DNA from: Eledone cirrhosa | Taxonomy: Eukaryota | Reading direction: 5' to 3' | Length of the DNA stretch: 64,000 bases | Assembly (NCBI GenBank): GCA_964016885.1 | Contig: OZ024745.1 | Coordinates: 123,504,001 to 123,568,000, forward strand | Shown here: piece after piece, positions 36,985-50,146 of the stretch | Numbering within the stretch: position 1 is the stretch's first letter | Layout: every line of letters begins with the position of its first letter | The notes under the pieces: generated by a model | Database searches by the model: none | Told to the model about the DNA's origin: nothing | What the model saw: only the letters and a program-made list of their open reading frames with translations | Position numbers and translations under genes: made by a program

Positions 36985-37200
36985 GAAGCAGAGTCCTCAA
37001 ACACTCCTTCCAGCGGGTCCTGCTTGAAACATCTGTCTCCAACTGATCCGGCTGGATCCCCAAGCGAGACCAGCCAAGCTCATGGATGCTATTCAACCAC
37101 CTTGCTTGAGGTCTACCCCTGGGTCTCTTGCCGGTTGGTTTTGCCCATAAAATCTGTCCAGCAATTCTTTCCTGAGACATTCTAACCACATGGCCATAGT
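36985..37200 (-). mobile_element. Expander/Rex3-like RTE C-terminal fragment with purine-rich tail
   Basis: GHVVRMSQERIAGQILWAKPTGKRPRGRPQARW...LGWSRLGI; related pieces at 17950-18155 and 35620-35700. Confidence 0.75.
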
Positions 37201-37623
37201 ATCAGAGTTGTCATATCTCAATTCAGAGAAGTTGCAGTTCTACCTGGAGTGACTCTCTCATCTCAAAGCTACACACTTTATTGAGTAATGTTACTACAAA
37301 GACCCTTTGGAGGAATCCCATTTCGACCGCTTGTATTTGCAATCATATTCTTTCAGTCATTACCCAAAATTCATAGGTAAGGGTTGCCACAAATATCAAA
37401 TTGAAGATAGTGAGAATGTAATAAAATAAATAAACTCTGTCAATAACCATTCTTCTGGACACTAGCTGATAATCAGTATGAAGTAGAAATCACCTATGTG
37501 TGAAGCAGACCAAGATAAAATTGTTTCAGAATTACAGACAACCTTAGAGCAAATGTTTGCTTGCTCAAAAATTTTCTTTATCCAATAATCAGGCTATGAA
37601 GAACAATGTCCATAGTCTTTTAA

Positions 37624-37836
37624 CCCTTTAATATTTACATTACTCTATATTTACTATTGTATTTTCATGGTAAACACTTTATCTCACATAATATCGAATC
37701 TAGGAGATTTTGATATTGTTTATTTTGAGAACAATACCTTAAGTATATAAGTGTATAAGTGGCCAGTTTTGGCCAGTTTGAACAGGAAGAGGTGAAAGAA
37801 TTCTGGTTGGATATGGCTGGTTTAAAAGCTAAAGGG
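37624..37836 (+). mobile_element. piggyBac-type MITE family C
   Basis: TTAA plus TIRs. Confidence 0.85.
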
Positions 37837-39639
37837 TTAAGTTCCTTTGAGGCAAAGCAGTATTAATAAATGAATGAGGCTAGTGCAATTAACCCTGTCA
37901 TTACTGTATTTCTAATAAAATACACAGTCTAGGTGTTTCAATTAATTCAGATGAATTTAATAAACTAACAAAGTTTTTCATAAGTAGGCTAATATTTTGA
38001 ATATTACTCAAGAAAACATTTTAAAAATAAAATTACGAGGAAAGTTTTTACTTTATATAAGAATAAACATTTTAAAATTGGTAGTATTGGTTCAATACCA
38101 AGGACGGTTTCAGGTGGTTTGGTATCAAACGGGTTGATGTTCACTGTTAACTTTAATGTACATCAAGCCTTTTATGTCTGTTTTTTTTTTCCCCCGCTAG
38201 AGCAAAGGTTAGCCCTGCAGGCCTCATGACAAGCTTTGTATTCATCACAGCGGTTTTTTTTAAAGAATGTTTTATGACCACCTGCCTCTTACAACACAGA
38301 GGTATGCTGTAGTTATTCTCAATGTTAACTGGTTTAGGTTAATGACTAAAGCACCAGTGAGATTGCCTTGTGCTCTGCAAGAATAAATAGACCTCAATGC
38401 TCTACCATATCTCTAATTCAATTTCACTATTGCAAGCTAATGAAACCTTGTTGATGAAACTTACTGGCAAATATGATATGGCATATAACTCTATAGTTAT
38501 AACATGTGATATTTAAGAGTGTTTCTAAGAACTATCTGCTCTAGATAAACTATGATACTGGTGACCATTTAAAGTTCATGGACTAATGCCTAATGAATCA
38601 AGTCTACTGCCTGTCTATCAGAAGTACTGACTAATAATAAAACTTTCCACTAATACTGAAGATCAGTGCTTGAAATATATACAAGGGAATTTGTGTTAAG
38701 ATGGTAACTTAGCAGAATCATTAGAGTGTCAGATTAAATGTATTGGTATTTATTCTGACTCTGTCCTGTGAGCGCGAATCTCACCAATATCAACTTTGTT
38801 TTCTTCTTGCGGCTGATAACTAAAGTACCAGTCCAAGAACAGTGGATTGGTCAGAATTGTTAAAGGGTCGGTTAGGATACCTTATGCTATCTGTTCCAGA
38901 TTTGTGCATTCTGTGTTCAAATTCCACCTGCTGTCTTCAGAAAGGCAGTTGTGCTTCTACCAGGAGTTGTGACTGGCGGATTGTAACAGCAAAGGTAAAA
39001 CTAAAGGAAACATACTTTCCTTGCTCCAATCTTATAGTCAACTCCTTTTCTTTGTGTAAAGATAAAAAGGCCATGTTTGAAAAAGAGGCAATAAGAAATA
39101 AAGCATGGGGTGGAGACTGAAACCGGTTGGTAAACAACAGCATAAGAATACATGCAGTAGAATTGAAAATAAAACCTACCTTTCCATAGAAACTATAATT
39201 TCAATAAAACTTAGAGACGACTCGATGGAAAAGAGCCAATTTTACAAATCTGATTTTGTCACTGAAAGTAATTACTTTATGTTGAATGTTCATCATGTGA
39301 AAAAGTAATCAAAAGGTCTTATAACTGCAATGGTGTATTTAGCGCTATCAAAGCATAGAGAAGCGGATGTTGAATGATGATGATGATGGTAATGAAATAA
39401 AATTTCCCAGGAATGTGACTGCTTCATATCATGTAGAAAATTTCATAAAACTGTTGACTATAAATTTAGTGATTCTGAATATCCAAGTTTGGCTAAAATT
39501 TATTTAGTTCACATGTAAGGAAAACCAGAAATCTGATATTTTAATTTTCCGATCCTCATATAGTATCAAACTAAGAACATTCTAAATCTTTTGATACCAA
39601 AATACCCCAAAACTGCCCATGGTTCTATGATAAAAATGG

Positions 39640-39834
39640 TTTTAAACCGGCTGTATCCGGCCAGAATTCTCTTACCTCTTTCTGTTCAAACTGGCTGTAA
39701 CCAGCTACTCATACTGATGTTAAGGTATAGTTATCAACATAAATAACATCAAAATCTAATAGATTCAATATTATGTGTGATAATTATATAAGCTAAAGTC
39801 TTTACCACAAAAATACAATAGTATATATAAAGGG
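39640..39834 (-). mobile_element. piggyBac-type MITE family C within a family A remnant (~39585-40030)
   Basis: Family C body ending aaaggg-ttaa; family A motifs on both sides. Confidence 0.75.
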
Positions 39835-40134
39835 TTAAAGTATTCATATCTATCCAAAAAAACTTTCACCACAATTTAATGGAAGAAGCTTTGTTAAGTT
39901 ATGCTCCAAATATTAGATAAATAATGTGTAAGTTATTAAAATGATTAAACCCTTCCAAATTTTTGATTATCTTCCAAATTATTATAAATTATAGGCAATG
40001 TCTTTCATAAGAAACATGGTAACAAAAGGAAAAACAGGAAAAAAAAACAACTTGAAAAGTGAATGAATCTTGGAAATGATTCAGTGGAGAAGCTATATAG
40101 GGTTTATGGAGATAGTATTTGTAATTTAACTAAT

Positions 40135-40488
40135 AACTGTTTCTACTTTTGGCACCAGGCCAGTAATTACCCCAGTGCATTATTGGTGCTTTATTTTATT
40201 GACCCTGTAAGGATGAAAGGCAAAGTTAACCTCAGCGGGGTTTGAACTCAGACTGCAAAGGGCCATAACTCTATGCTACAAAGCACTGTGCCTGACCCTC
40301 TAACTAATAATTGTTTCTATTTTTGGCACAAGGCCAGCAATTATCCCAGTGCATTACATTTTATTTTATCCACCTCATAAGAGTGAAAAGCAAAGCTAAC
40401 TTCAATGGGATTTGAAATTAGAACGTAAAGGGTCGCAACTCTGTGCCACGAAGCATGGTGTCTGACGCTGTACTGATTCTGCCAATTT
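40135..40488 (-). mobile_element. Two tandem SINE family 1 copies
   Basis: Two bodies; taactaataa recurs at the junctions. Confidence 0.85.
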
Positions 40489-40689
40489 TCGACTTAGAAG
40501 ATAGAACTCAAGTTATTTCTATTACCGATGTTTGCAGTGGTCTGGTGCAGTTAATGTGAAAAGTGCTCTGAATATGGGTTTGTCTCTCTACACTTTTTTC
40601 CTGCACATCAAGAAACTACTTATTGTTATCTACAACAAACCTGCTCCTATTTAGATGCTACTAGCGTTCAATCCACTCTAACACTCCAT

Positions 40690-41100
40690 CTCCACATGCA
40701 ATCTAGATACCACGTGTTGCATCTACATTGGCCTCCATAAACAGTGACCTTAAAAACATCCTCCAATAGTCTCATGCCACTCTTAGTCCCCGCTCTCGAT
40801 ATATATTAAAAAAACATTATTGAATCCCACTCTAAATTAAAAGTTAGCAGCTTACAACTAGCGCCTTCTCAATTGTTTCAAATGCAAGGCTTAATAAGGA
40901 TCGAGGAACTCTTCTGGCAGACGCACCAGAAAATATTTCAGCAACCAACAACTTCTAAAGTTCTACAAAGCCCAGCTGAGATGTAGAATGCTGTACTGGC
41001 TCCACTTTGAGAGGTTTCTGCTGCTATCCACATATAGCTTGATTGGCATGAAGTCACTCACAAAAGCACTCAAACCTCTTGCCAAATAGCCATGCTTCCT
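40690..41100 (+). mobile_element. Degenerate CR1/L2-group LINE RT C-terminal fragment
   Basis: SINSDLKNILQ*S... and QQLLKFYKAQLRCRMLY motifs, heavily frameshifted. Confidence 0.45.
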
Positions 41101-42573
41101 CTTCTCTGCTTTTTCTACACCTATTACAATGGCTTCTGCTCCTCAAAGCTGGCTCACCTCATGTTACCACCACTGATTCTCTTCCAATTAATAGCCCTCC
41201 TCTCATCACACATATTGTGTCCAGCATTTCTTCCCTTGGCTATGCAAGGTTTTCTTCCCAGAAACCTGGCCCCCTAGAATTCTCTTCCTGCATATGTCTT
41301 TATTGTAATCATCAACATGCAACAGTTTAACTGGAATTTTAATTACATTAATCTGGCTCATATTGGAAGGCCTGTAAAGTCCCTGTGTGTAGCTTCTCGC
41401 TCCAGATGAAACTAATTAAAAAAAAATTGAAGTTATTGAAAGTAAATAACAGTGTCACAATTTTGTAATAAGCAATGTATTTTTAAACTGCTTTTCTATA
41501 TTTTACCTTCATTTACTATTATTTATTGATTTTTGGTGATTTTTCACACTTACTATTCTCCTTGTTGATTCTTCCTCTGTACAATTTTCATTTTACGACA
41601 ACATTCATCATAATTATGAAAATATTGTTTTCAACTTGTAAATACATTTTCTGTTTCAGAATCTGAAATCATTTTCACTCTATGAATGTTTTATTTTCTA
41701 CTTCAATTTTTCTTTCTTTCATTTAATCAGGTCATCTTTTTAAGTTTCTCTTTGCTCTTTTTTTTAACCAATGATTTCTGTTGCCTTTATTGGTGTTTAG
41801 TATATTAAAATGATTCTATGTACCGCTGTCCATATTTTACATTGTTTTACATACTTGCATGGGATTAAGAATTTTGTTTTATTGAAGCAATCAATTTTTC
41901 TTTTTATTATTAACTGAGTACCTTTCCTACTACTAATCACTAATTATAAAGTAAGAAGTGAAAATTAATTCAGGTAAACAATAGAGTTATTCAGAGCTAA
42001 ATCATTAGTTCTATAATTTAAACCAGTGATGCAGAAGCTTTTCAAGAAAGTTGACCACAAAATTTACAAGGAAGACTTCATATGGGCTACCAAATATAAA
42101 GTGGGACCTACCAAAACTTTGATAAGCACAACTGGCAACCTCAATGTTCTCATCTTGTTTATCTATCTCTACATTGTATAATAAGTCCTTCCCTTTGAGG
42201 TGGAAATATGTGATTTGAAGACTATTTTGGCTGCAGTTTCTAGTAGTTTATTATTTTAATCATTTGAAAGGTGGAAGAAAAATAGGAAAATTAATTTAGT
42301 AATGCCTAATATATTGATGTGTCTTTTATAGATCAATTATATATATCTTTAAGATGCTGCTTATACTAAAACAAATTTTTAATAAACATTACTGTCATGT
42401 TGCTATTACTGTGTATGTATGTGTGTGAATGTGTATCATCATCATCATCATCATCATTTTTCCTTGCTTGCAAGGGTTGGACATATATATATATGTGTGT
42501 GTGTGTATGTGAATATATATAGGTGTATATATATATATCTGTGTGTGTCTGAATATATGTGTTTATATAGATA

Positions 42574-42625
<52 letters not shown>

Positions 42626-43392
42626 AATATATATAGGTGTGTGTGTGAGTATGTGCATATATGTGTGTGTGTATATCTTTATGAGTGTGTGTGTGTGTGT
42701 GTTAAATTAAAGTGGTTGATCGAGTGATAATGTAGATTGACACCTTGGAGAATTTGAGTTGTAGGGAATTTTACTAGTGATTATCTTTGCTTTGAAGCAT
42801 CGACACTTCACTTTGTTCAAAATTACTACATACGATGTTTGATTGTGATTGATATACATTTTTTCGTTTGAAGCTAATTTAAAATCTTTCTTTCTCTCTC
42901 TATATATTTTTTATTGCTTGCCCTATAACTGGCAAATGTCTAAATTTATTTATACATGAGATAAATGAGAAAAAAAAAAAATAAAATAAAAAAAAAAGTA
43001 GTAAATAAAATGTAATTTTTTGCTATACGAATATTCTGATTATTGAAGCGAATACAATTTTTTATGTGACTAAGTTCTGACAGGAAATAGAGAAATGGAT
43101 TTTCCACTTTATATATTGTAAAGTACTTAAATTTTTTTTATGAGGTGGAAAAAAGAAAAGGAAAGGAAGGAATGGAGGAATTACATGTAATAATTTCCAA
43201 TATATAAATATACAGATATAAGTATTGGAACCCCCCTCATTACAACGGAAAATAAACAATTTAATATCTTGAAAATTTTCAACAAATTTTACACACATTA
43301 TATAGGACATTACTTATAGCTGTAAAGTTATGTTTGCATCTGTCTGTCCGTGTGTACGCGTGTATGTGTGTGTGTGTATATATATGTATATA

Positions 43393-44037
43393 CTAGCAGA
43401 TTTACCCGGCATTGCCCAGGGTTTGAAATTATGCTAAGAATATACAGCTAGGAAGTAAAAGAAGAAAATTATTTGTCCTCAACCTGTCAAAATAAGCAGA
43501 AGTCTTCAATAATTAATGCAAACGAATATTTAGTGCAATCTTTGTACACATAAAACTATGCTGATAATGAAGGAAAACACTGAACAGGATGTAGTTATAC
43601 AAATGATTAAAGACATTAATACACGTTGCAAATCTGTAAAAAAACAGGCAGTTTTGCTAAAGTACAAAAAGTTGTAATGAAAGAAGAGTTGTATACAAAC
43701 AAAAAAACAATGAGAGTAGAATAAGAGAAAATGTATTCTTTGAGAGCATCCTTTGCTGTGTATGGTTAAATTTTGAACTTATAATCCAAAATAAGGATTT
43801 TGTTTTGATTGATTTCTACCTTACATCATGCACTTTAGAAAAAATAATTTTGCTATCGATTTTTTATTGCTCAACGTGGGTCGATTTGAAACATTTTTAT
43901 GATGTGACCATCTTAGCGACAGGTGCAACGTGCACAGAAAATTTGGTCAAATTTGGTTGGGAATTGTAAAAGCCTTAGCTGTCCAAAGTTGTGCACAGAC
44001 ACACATCCTCGCTTTTATATATATAGAAGATAGAAGA
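43393..44037 (-). mobile_element. Non-autonomous Helitron
   Basis: - strand starts A|TCTTCTATCTTCTATATATATAAAAG and ends with a GC-rich hairpin (ccctgggcaatgccggg) then CTAG|T; A-T target, no TSD. Confidence 0.8.
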
Positions 44038-44041
44038 TATA

Positions 44042-44080
<39 letters not shown>

Positions 44081-44081
44081 G

Positions 44082-44760
44082 TCATCATCATCATCATTGT
44101 TTAACGTCTATCTTCCATGCTAGCATGGGTTTAGACAGGGAATTGTCCCACTTGAGGCAAGTTTGGTTGTCTTGCTCGTATAGGACTGTCTGGCAGGTTT
44201 TCTATGGCTGGATGCCCTTCCTAACACCAACCACGTTTACAGTGTGGACTGGGAGGTTTTTACCGTGTTACCTACACGTTCACATTACAGCATGCAGTGT
44301 GTTTTTTTTTGTTGTGATACCTACATGACCTCATTTATTTAGGACTGGATGTTGTGGCACCAACATAACTTTACAAAGAAAGGGGTGGGGTAGTGGGATG
44401 GGGGTGTATTTTTGGTTAAGTGGTGCCTACTGACTAGGTTTCGCTTTGTACTTAGGCAAGGCGAGTCTTCTGTATTACTGCGTAGCGCCAAAGATCTCGG
44501 TCCAGTGACATTGTCTTGGAGAGGTGTAAGTGTGTAAGGTCGGAATTTATCAAATCGTCCCAGGTTTTTCTGGGTCCATCAATTTTGATCACCCTGCACT
44601 TTTTTATAGAGCTGTCGTCTTTCATGGGCATCACGTGACCATACCAACGTAGTCTTCTCTCGAGTAAACAGCATCTGATCCCTGTTATACCTAATTTCTC
44701 ACTTAGTTCATTTATGCTTTGCCATTCACGTATATTTCTATTACACATCCAACGGAGCAT
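44082..44760 (-). mobile_element. RTE LINE 3' fragment
   Basis: MLRWMC...RRLRWYGHVM... plus 3' UTR and (GAT)n tail. Confidence 0.92.
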
Positions 44761-44807
44761 TCAAGCTACCTTTTTGTCAAATAATGAAACTGTTATTATT
44801 ATTAGAA

Positions 44808-45025
44808 GGGCAGTGGATAAGCAGTAGAATCGGTAGAGCTTCAGGCAACATGCTCAGCAGCAAAGTGTTACGGCCCTTTATGTTCTGAGTTCAAATCCCT
44901 CCAATGTAAGCTTTCATCCTTACAGGGTCAGTAAAATGAAGTACCAGTAACACACTGGGTTCAATTTAATCGACTTTCGCCTTCCCTAAAATTGTTGACC
45001 TTATGCCTAAACCAGAAACCATTAT
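44808..45025 (+). mobile_element. SINE family 1 (older variant)
   Basis: A/B boxes and family body. Confidence 0.75.
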
Positions 45026-45223
45026 TATTAAAGCAGAAGACAAAATGTTCTGCAGAATTTAAAGTATGACCCTTTACATTCTTGGCAAATTAATTGTTTT
45101 CCTAATTGCAGATGAATCTTTCTGCATATGAAGACATTTCAAGTGAGAGATGTCAAGTAGTTCAACCAAATTACATACATGTGTATATATACAGTTTATT
45201 AATTATTTAATCAATAATCAATT

Positions 45224-45412
45224 GGCGGTGGATTGGCAGTATCGGTAGAGGGTCGGACGCCATGCTTTGATGCATAGAGTTACAACCCTTGCCATTCTGA
45301 GTTCAAATCCTACCGAGGTTAACTTTGTCTTTCATCCTTACGGGGTCGATAAAATAAAGTACCAGTAATGCACTGGGTAATTGCTGGCCTTGTGCCAAAA
45401 GTAGAAACAATT
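45224..45412 (+). mobile_element. SINE family 1, young full-length copy
   Basis: Consensus-like; flanked by repeated ttaattatttaatcaataa (probable TSD). Confidence 0.9.
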
Positions 45413-45898
45413 AATTATTTAATCAATAAGATTAGAAACATAATCCTCTTTATAATATATTGGTTAACATCCATGTATGGGATATTGACATCCAAACAGG
45501 AATATTTCAAGTGGTTTGGTTTTAACTGGCCATTTCTCCATTGTTTAATTGTGAAATGGAAATAGACATTTGTTTTCACCAGTTTAGAATACATATATTT
45601 GTGGTACCAACACAACCATTTTACAAGGTGGAATGGGTGTTTTTGTTGTGGCACCAATATAAAGAAGATCTTCAAAGTATCTTTCTGTGAATAATTAAAA
45701 CTTGTTTCAGTAGCTTACAGTACTAAATTCAATTCCAACCAGTGTATCTTTAATTATGTAACTACTATATGAAGACCAAGAGTTTGCTGGAGTTCCAGCA
45801 ACAGATTACAACACTAATCTAACATTACATGTAGTATTGGTAAATCAAACTATTGATGTAGTTGTATTAATGTGTCTGTGTATATATATGTGTGTATA

Positions 45899-45942
<44 letters not shown>

Positions 45943-45990
45943 CACACAATGATATTAAATAAATGGAAACTATATTTATAGAACCATATT

Positions 45991-46053
45991 TATTTTATTA
46001 TATATATTTCAAGGGTACCAAGACACATTGGTACGCTTTCATCAGATAAAATA
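45991..46053 (-). ncRNA. Type I hammerhead ribozyme with minimal palindromic stem III (Penelope pLTR/retrozyme type)
   Basis: - strand reads UAUUUUAU CUGAUGA AAGCGUACCAA UGUGUC UUGGUACCCUU GAAA UAUAUA UA AUAAAAUA: 8 bp stem I, complete CUGANGA/GAAA/UH core, stem II with 10 of 11 pairs, self-complementary stem III. Confidence 0.8.
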
Positions 46054-46345
46054 CAAAGTTTGTTTTATAAATAGAGACATACCCATGAAAATCATACCTT
46101 ATCGGTTGGATATTCACTGGATAGAGTGGTAGAAATGGATATTCATGCTGAGTGCTATAAATCAGTTACAAACATTTATATTTGTCGGACTTCCAACAAA
46201 TTAAATACCCCTTCTATTTATATATATATATATATATGTGTGTATATATATATGTATCATATCAGATATAATGGTTTTTGAGGAGGTTAATACCCATCAA
46301 ACATTGAAATTTGCTGTGGCATATTAGTTGTTATTAAATTTTGTA

Positions 46346-46524
46346 TGGCAGTATCGGTAGAGGGTTGGATGCCATGCTTTGATGCATAGAGTTACGGCCC
46401 TTGCCATTCTGAGTTCAAATCCCGCCGAGGTTAACTTTGCCTTTCATCCTTACGGGGTCGATAAAATAAAGTACCAGTAATGCACTGGGTAATTGCTGGC
46501 CTTGTGCCAAAAGTAGAAACAATT
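46346..46524 (+). mobile_element. SINE family 1
   Basis: Consensus-like; TSD attaaattttgtat on both sides. Confidence 0.9.
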
Positions 46525-47074
46525 AAATTTTGTATAATATGAAAAAAATTAGTTTCTTTGTGTGTAACTTAATATTTTTTGCATTCATTTAATATAAGTT
46601 CGCAATGGATTTAGCTATCCAATCACTGTGGGTACATCACTTAATTTAATCAGTACAATGTGCTTGTGTATTGGGGCAGAGACAGACAGACAGACATGGT
46701 TAAGCCTATGTGGTTAAGAAGTTCATTTTGAAACCACATGATTTGGGGGTTGATAACACTGCATCACAGTGTGTGTTTCTGTTACTATAGCTTTATGTGC
46801 TGCTGTTACTATGACCGCTTCATCATCATCATCATCATCATCATTTAACGTCCATCTTCCATGCTAGCATGGGTTGGACAGATTTGTCCCACTTTAGGCA
46901 AGACTGGTCGGGCAACTGTGTCTCACTTGTAAAGAACTGTTTCTGGCAGGTTTTTTAAGGCTGGATGCCCTTCCTAACACCAACCACATTTACATATGTA
47001 TTTATATATCAAGAGCAGTGCCCCAGCATGGCCTCAGCGCGTTGGCTGGAATATGTAATAGAGTAATATATACT

Positions 47075-47112
<38 letters not shown>

Positions 47113-47324
47113 GGCTTCCTGATGATTTCCTTCAAATGAAACAGTTCTACTCCTGTAGAAACTATTTCTATATTAAATATTATATATTCTCTACTATTCA
47201 TTGAGTACCTTACTGTGGTTACCTTAGATTGAACCCAGGATATACACGCACGCACGCACGCACGCACACACACACATATGTATATTCTATATATATATGG
47301 TAATATATATATATATATATAAAT

Positions 47325-47923
47325 ATATGGATGTGTAATAGTAATATACGCGAACGACAAAGCATAAATGAATTGAGAGAGAGACTGAGCATAAGAGGAA
47401 TCAAATGCTGTGTGCAGGAGAGGCGGTTGCGTTGGTATGGACATGTGATGCGTATGAAGGATGACAGCTGCATAAAAAGGTGCAGAGCACTAGAAGCCGA
47501 TGGAAACTGCGGAGTGGGGAGACCCAAGATGACCTGGGATGAGGTGATAAAAGCCGACCTTACCCAATTACACTTCTCAAAGGCGATGACACGCGACCGT
47601 GACCTCTGGCCTCACACAGTAATACAGAGTACATGGGTACAAGCTGAAGCATATAGACAATGTGCCCCCACACCCCCCACTGCAAGGTGGTCGTGGAGGT
47701 GCCACGGCAAAAAAGCACCCAGCCCACACTGTAAAGTGGACGTGTAGGCGCCATGAAAACGCACCCAGCACTCACTGTAAATGAGGTTGGTGTTAGGAAG
47801 GGCATCCAGCTGTAGAAATCAAGCCAAATCAGTTCCTGTATGAGCAAGGCATGGTCAGCCGACCAGGACAACCCGTCTAACCCATGCTAGAATGGAAGAA
47901 CGGACATAAAACGGTGATGATGA

Positions 47924-47927
<4 letters not shown>
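47325..47927 (+). mobile_element. RTE LINE 3' fragment, second subfamily, inserted in (TA)n
   Basis: WMCNSNIRERQS...RRLRWYGHVMRM...GRPKMTW; distinct 3' UTR with tandem subrepeats. Confidence 0.9.
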
Positions 47928-47995
<68 letters not shown>

Positions 47996-48574
47996 CTATC
48001 ACATTAAAGTTTAAGCAAAGAATCGCTGCTTTCACCCTTAACGGGATCTTCTGAAATAAAAAAAAAATCAATCTGTGAACGCAGGAGTAAATATTTCGAA
48101 AACGTTGCAACCGAAGGAAAACAGGAGAAAAGCGAAGATAATACGTTGTTATGTGGAGCGGTGACAACAATTACACGCAAAGACAAAACCACGTTTGGAT
48201 TTTAGTCTTCACATTTATTAATATTACTGTATATATATTATATATGGTAATATATATATATAACCCATGCTAGCGTGGAAGATGGACGTTAAACAATGAT
48301 GATGATGATGATGATGATAAATATATATATATATACATATATATATACACACACATATATTATATATAAATATATAAATGAGGTTGGTGTTAGGAAGGGC
48401 ATCCAGCTGTAGAAATCAAGCCAGAATCAGGTCCCGTCCCACCCTTGCAAGCAGGGAAAAGCGGACGTAAAATGGTGATATATATATATAGTTGAATAAA
48501 TGAACAGAGAACAAAAAACAGAGGCAGTACAAATAATATGGTTTTTAGTTTCATGCTTGAGAGTGTGGGGTGGG

Positions 48575-48607
<33 letters not shown>

Positions 48608-48743
48608 GTAAATGTCAATCAAAGAGTGTTCAGAACATTTAATCACAATCGGTTCATCCTAGCTGGAATCATCAGAGTAGATAACAAACCTCAGACACAA
48701 ATATAATATCAAAACTTTGTCACAAGAACATTAGAAGGATACA

Positions 48744-48956
48744 TAATATAGGAGGATAGGTAAGTATAGGTATCAACATTTATATAAGATAATAGAGCAG
48801 ATAAAAACAAAAAGAAAAATTAATTTTTAATGCTTTTTTCTGCTCCTAATTTTTATTGTATTTATATGCTTCTATTCTATGCCTATTCTATGCCTTTTTC
48901 GCCTCTGTTTTCCTATATAAATGTTGATACTTATACTTATCTAGCCTCCCATATTA
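48744..48956. mobile_element. Degenerate MITE with ~60 bp inverted arms
   Basis: taatataggaggataggtaagtataggtatcaacatttatata versus tatataaatgttgatacttatacttatctagcctcccatatta. Confidence 0.65.
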
Positions 48957-50049
48957 GGTGTATATTATCTTAGCACCACCACTACCTCATTATAACAGTA
49001 GGAAGCACAATCTATGTGTTTGTGTTGAAGCCCATCATACACACAAACACACACGTGTGTATACACATATGTGTGTTTGTGAGCGTGTACACGTGGTTAT
49101 TTTTCTCTGTGTCTTTACTCTCCTTTACTCTCCCTTAAGGGTCACTATGAAGAAGTGAAATTTGTGTATATTCCACTTTAAAAATGTCTCATTGGTCAGT
49201 GGTTGGTTTTGTGAAGACCAATACTTTATTTAAAAACCCAGTAAGGATTGGTGTCATGAAGGGCTTTATCATGTGAATGCTGCTTCTAACAAGCCATGTC
49301 CAGCTCTTGCTAGCCTGGAAAGAAAAAGGAATGAAACTCATCTTTAGATTAGACCAAGGAAACAATGTTTTCCTTGGTCTTCTGATTTCTGTTACTATCT
49401 GCTGGTTACAACTCCTGATAGAAGGTGGGATTTGAACTGAGAATGCACAGAACTGGATTAAATACTGCAAAACATCGTATTCAGTTCAGTTAATAAACTA
49501 CTACTGGACTGGTATTTTATTTATCAACCCTCAAGTGTTTAAAACCTAAATTGACCTCAGCAGGATTTGAATCCAGAATGCAGAAAGCAAGATTAAGTAC
49601 TGAGGCATTTATTTCAACCCCCTAATGACTGTTTTGCAATTAACATAGGCGAAAATGTTCATAAATACAAGGAGGATAATAATGACGATTGTGATAATCA
49701 CCCTGAGTAAATTACAGACTTTCCTAATCTGGTAAAATTGAAGACAGATGATTGTATTATTTCAATGTTCTCGAATTAATGTGTTGTGTGTAGTTAATTT
49801 CCAAACGAAATATCTAAGTTATAGATAATGGTTCTACTGTTACCTCACCCTGTGTTTACTAATTCTATTAATTCCACACTGCAAAGACTGACGGGAAGCT
49901 TCCTCTTTCAGGAATTATGGCAAATTCAGTTTGATATGTTCAGTGTTTAATAGGTCACTTTAGTTTAATTGAAACAGAAATTAGCTTCTTGCTTGTCGCC
50001 TTTGATAAGTGGCATAACAATCAATGTAGATGGCTGGAGTATTTTAAAT

Positions 50050-50115
50050 TATATATATATATATATATATACATTTGTTTTTATATATATATACGTATGT
50101 GTATATATATGTATG

Positions 50116-50146
<31 letters not shown>

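Noticed and set aside
38842-39308. Overlapping ORFs of 67-92 aa
   Set aside because: Begin in a decayed SINE head; no recognisable homology.
45224-45312. tRNA-like A and B boxes as tRNA genes
   Set aside because: They are SINE heads continuing into shared bodies with TSDs; no complete cloverleaf.
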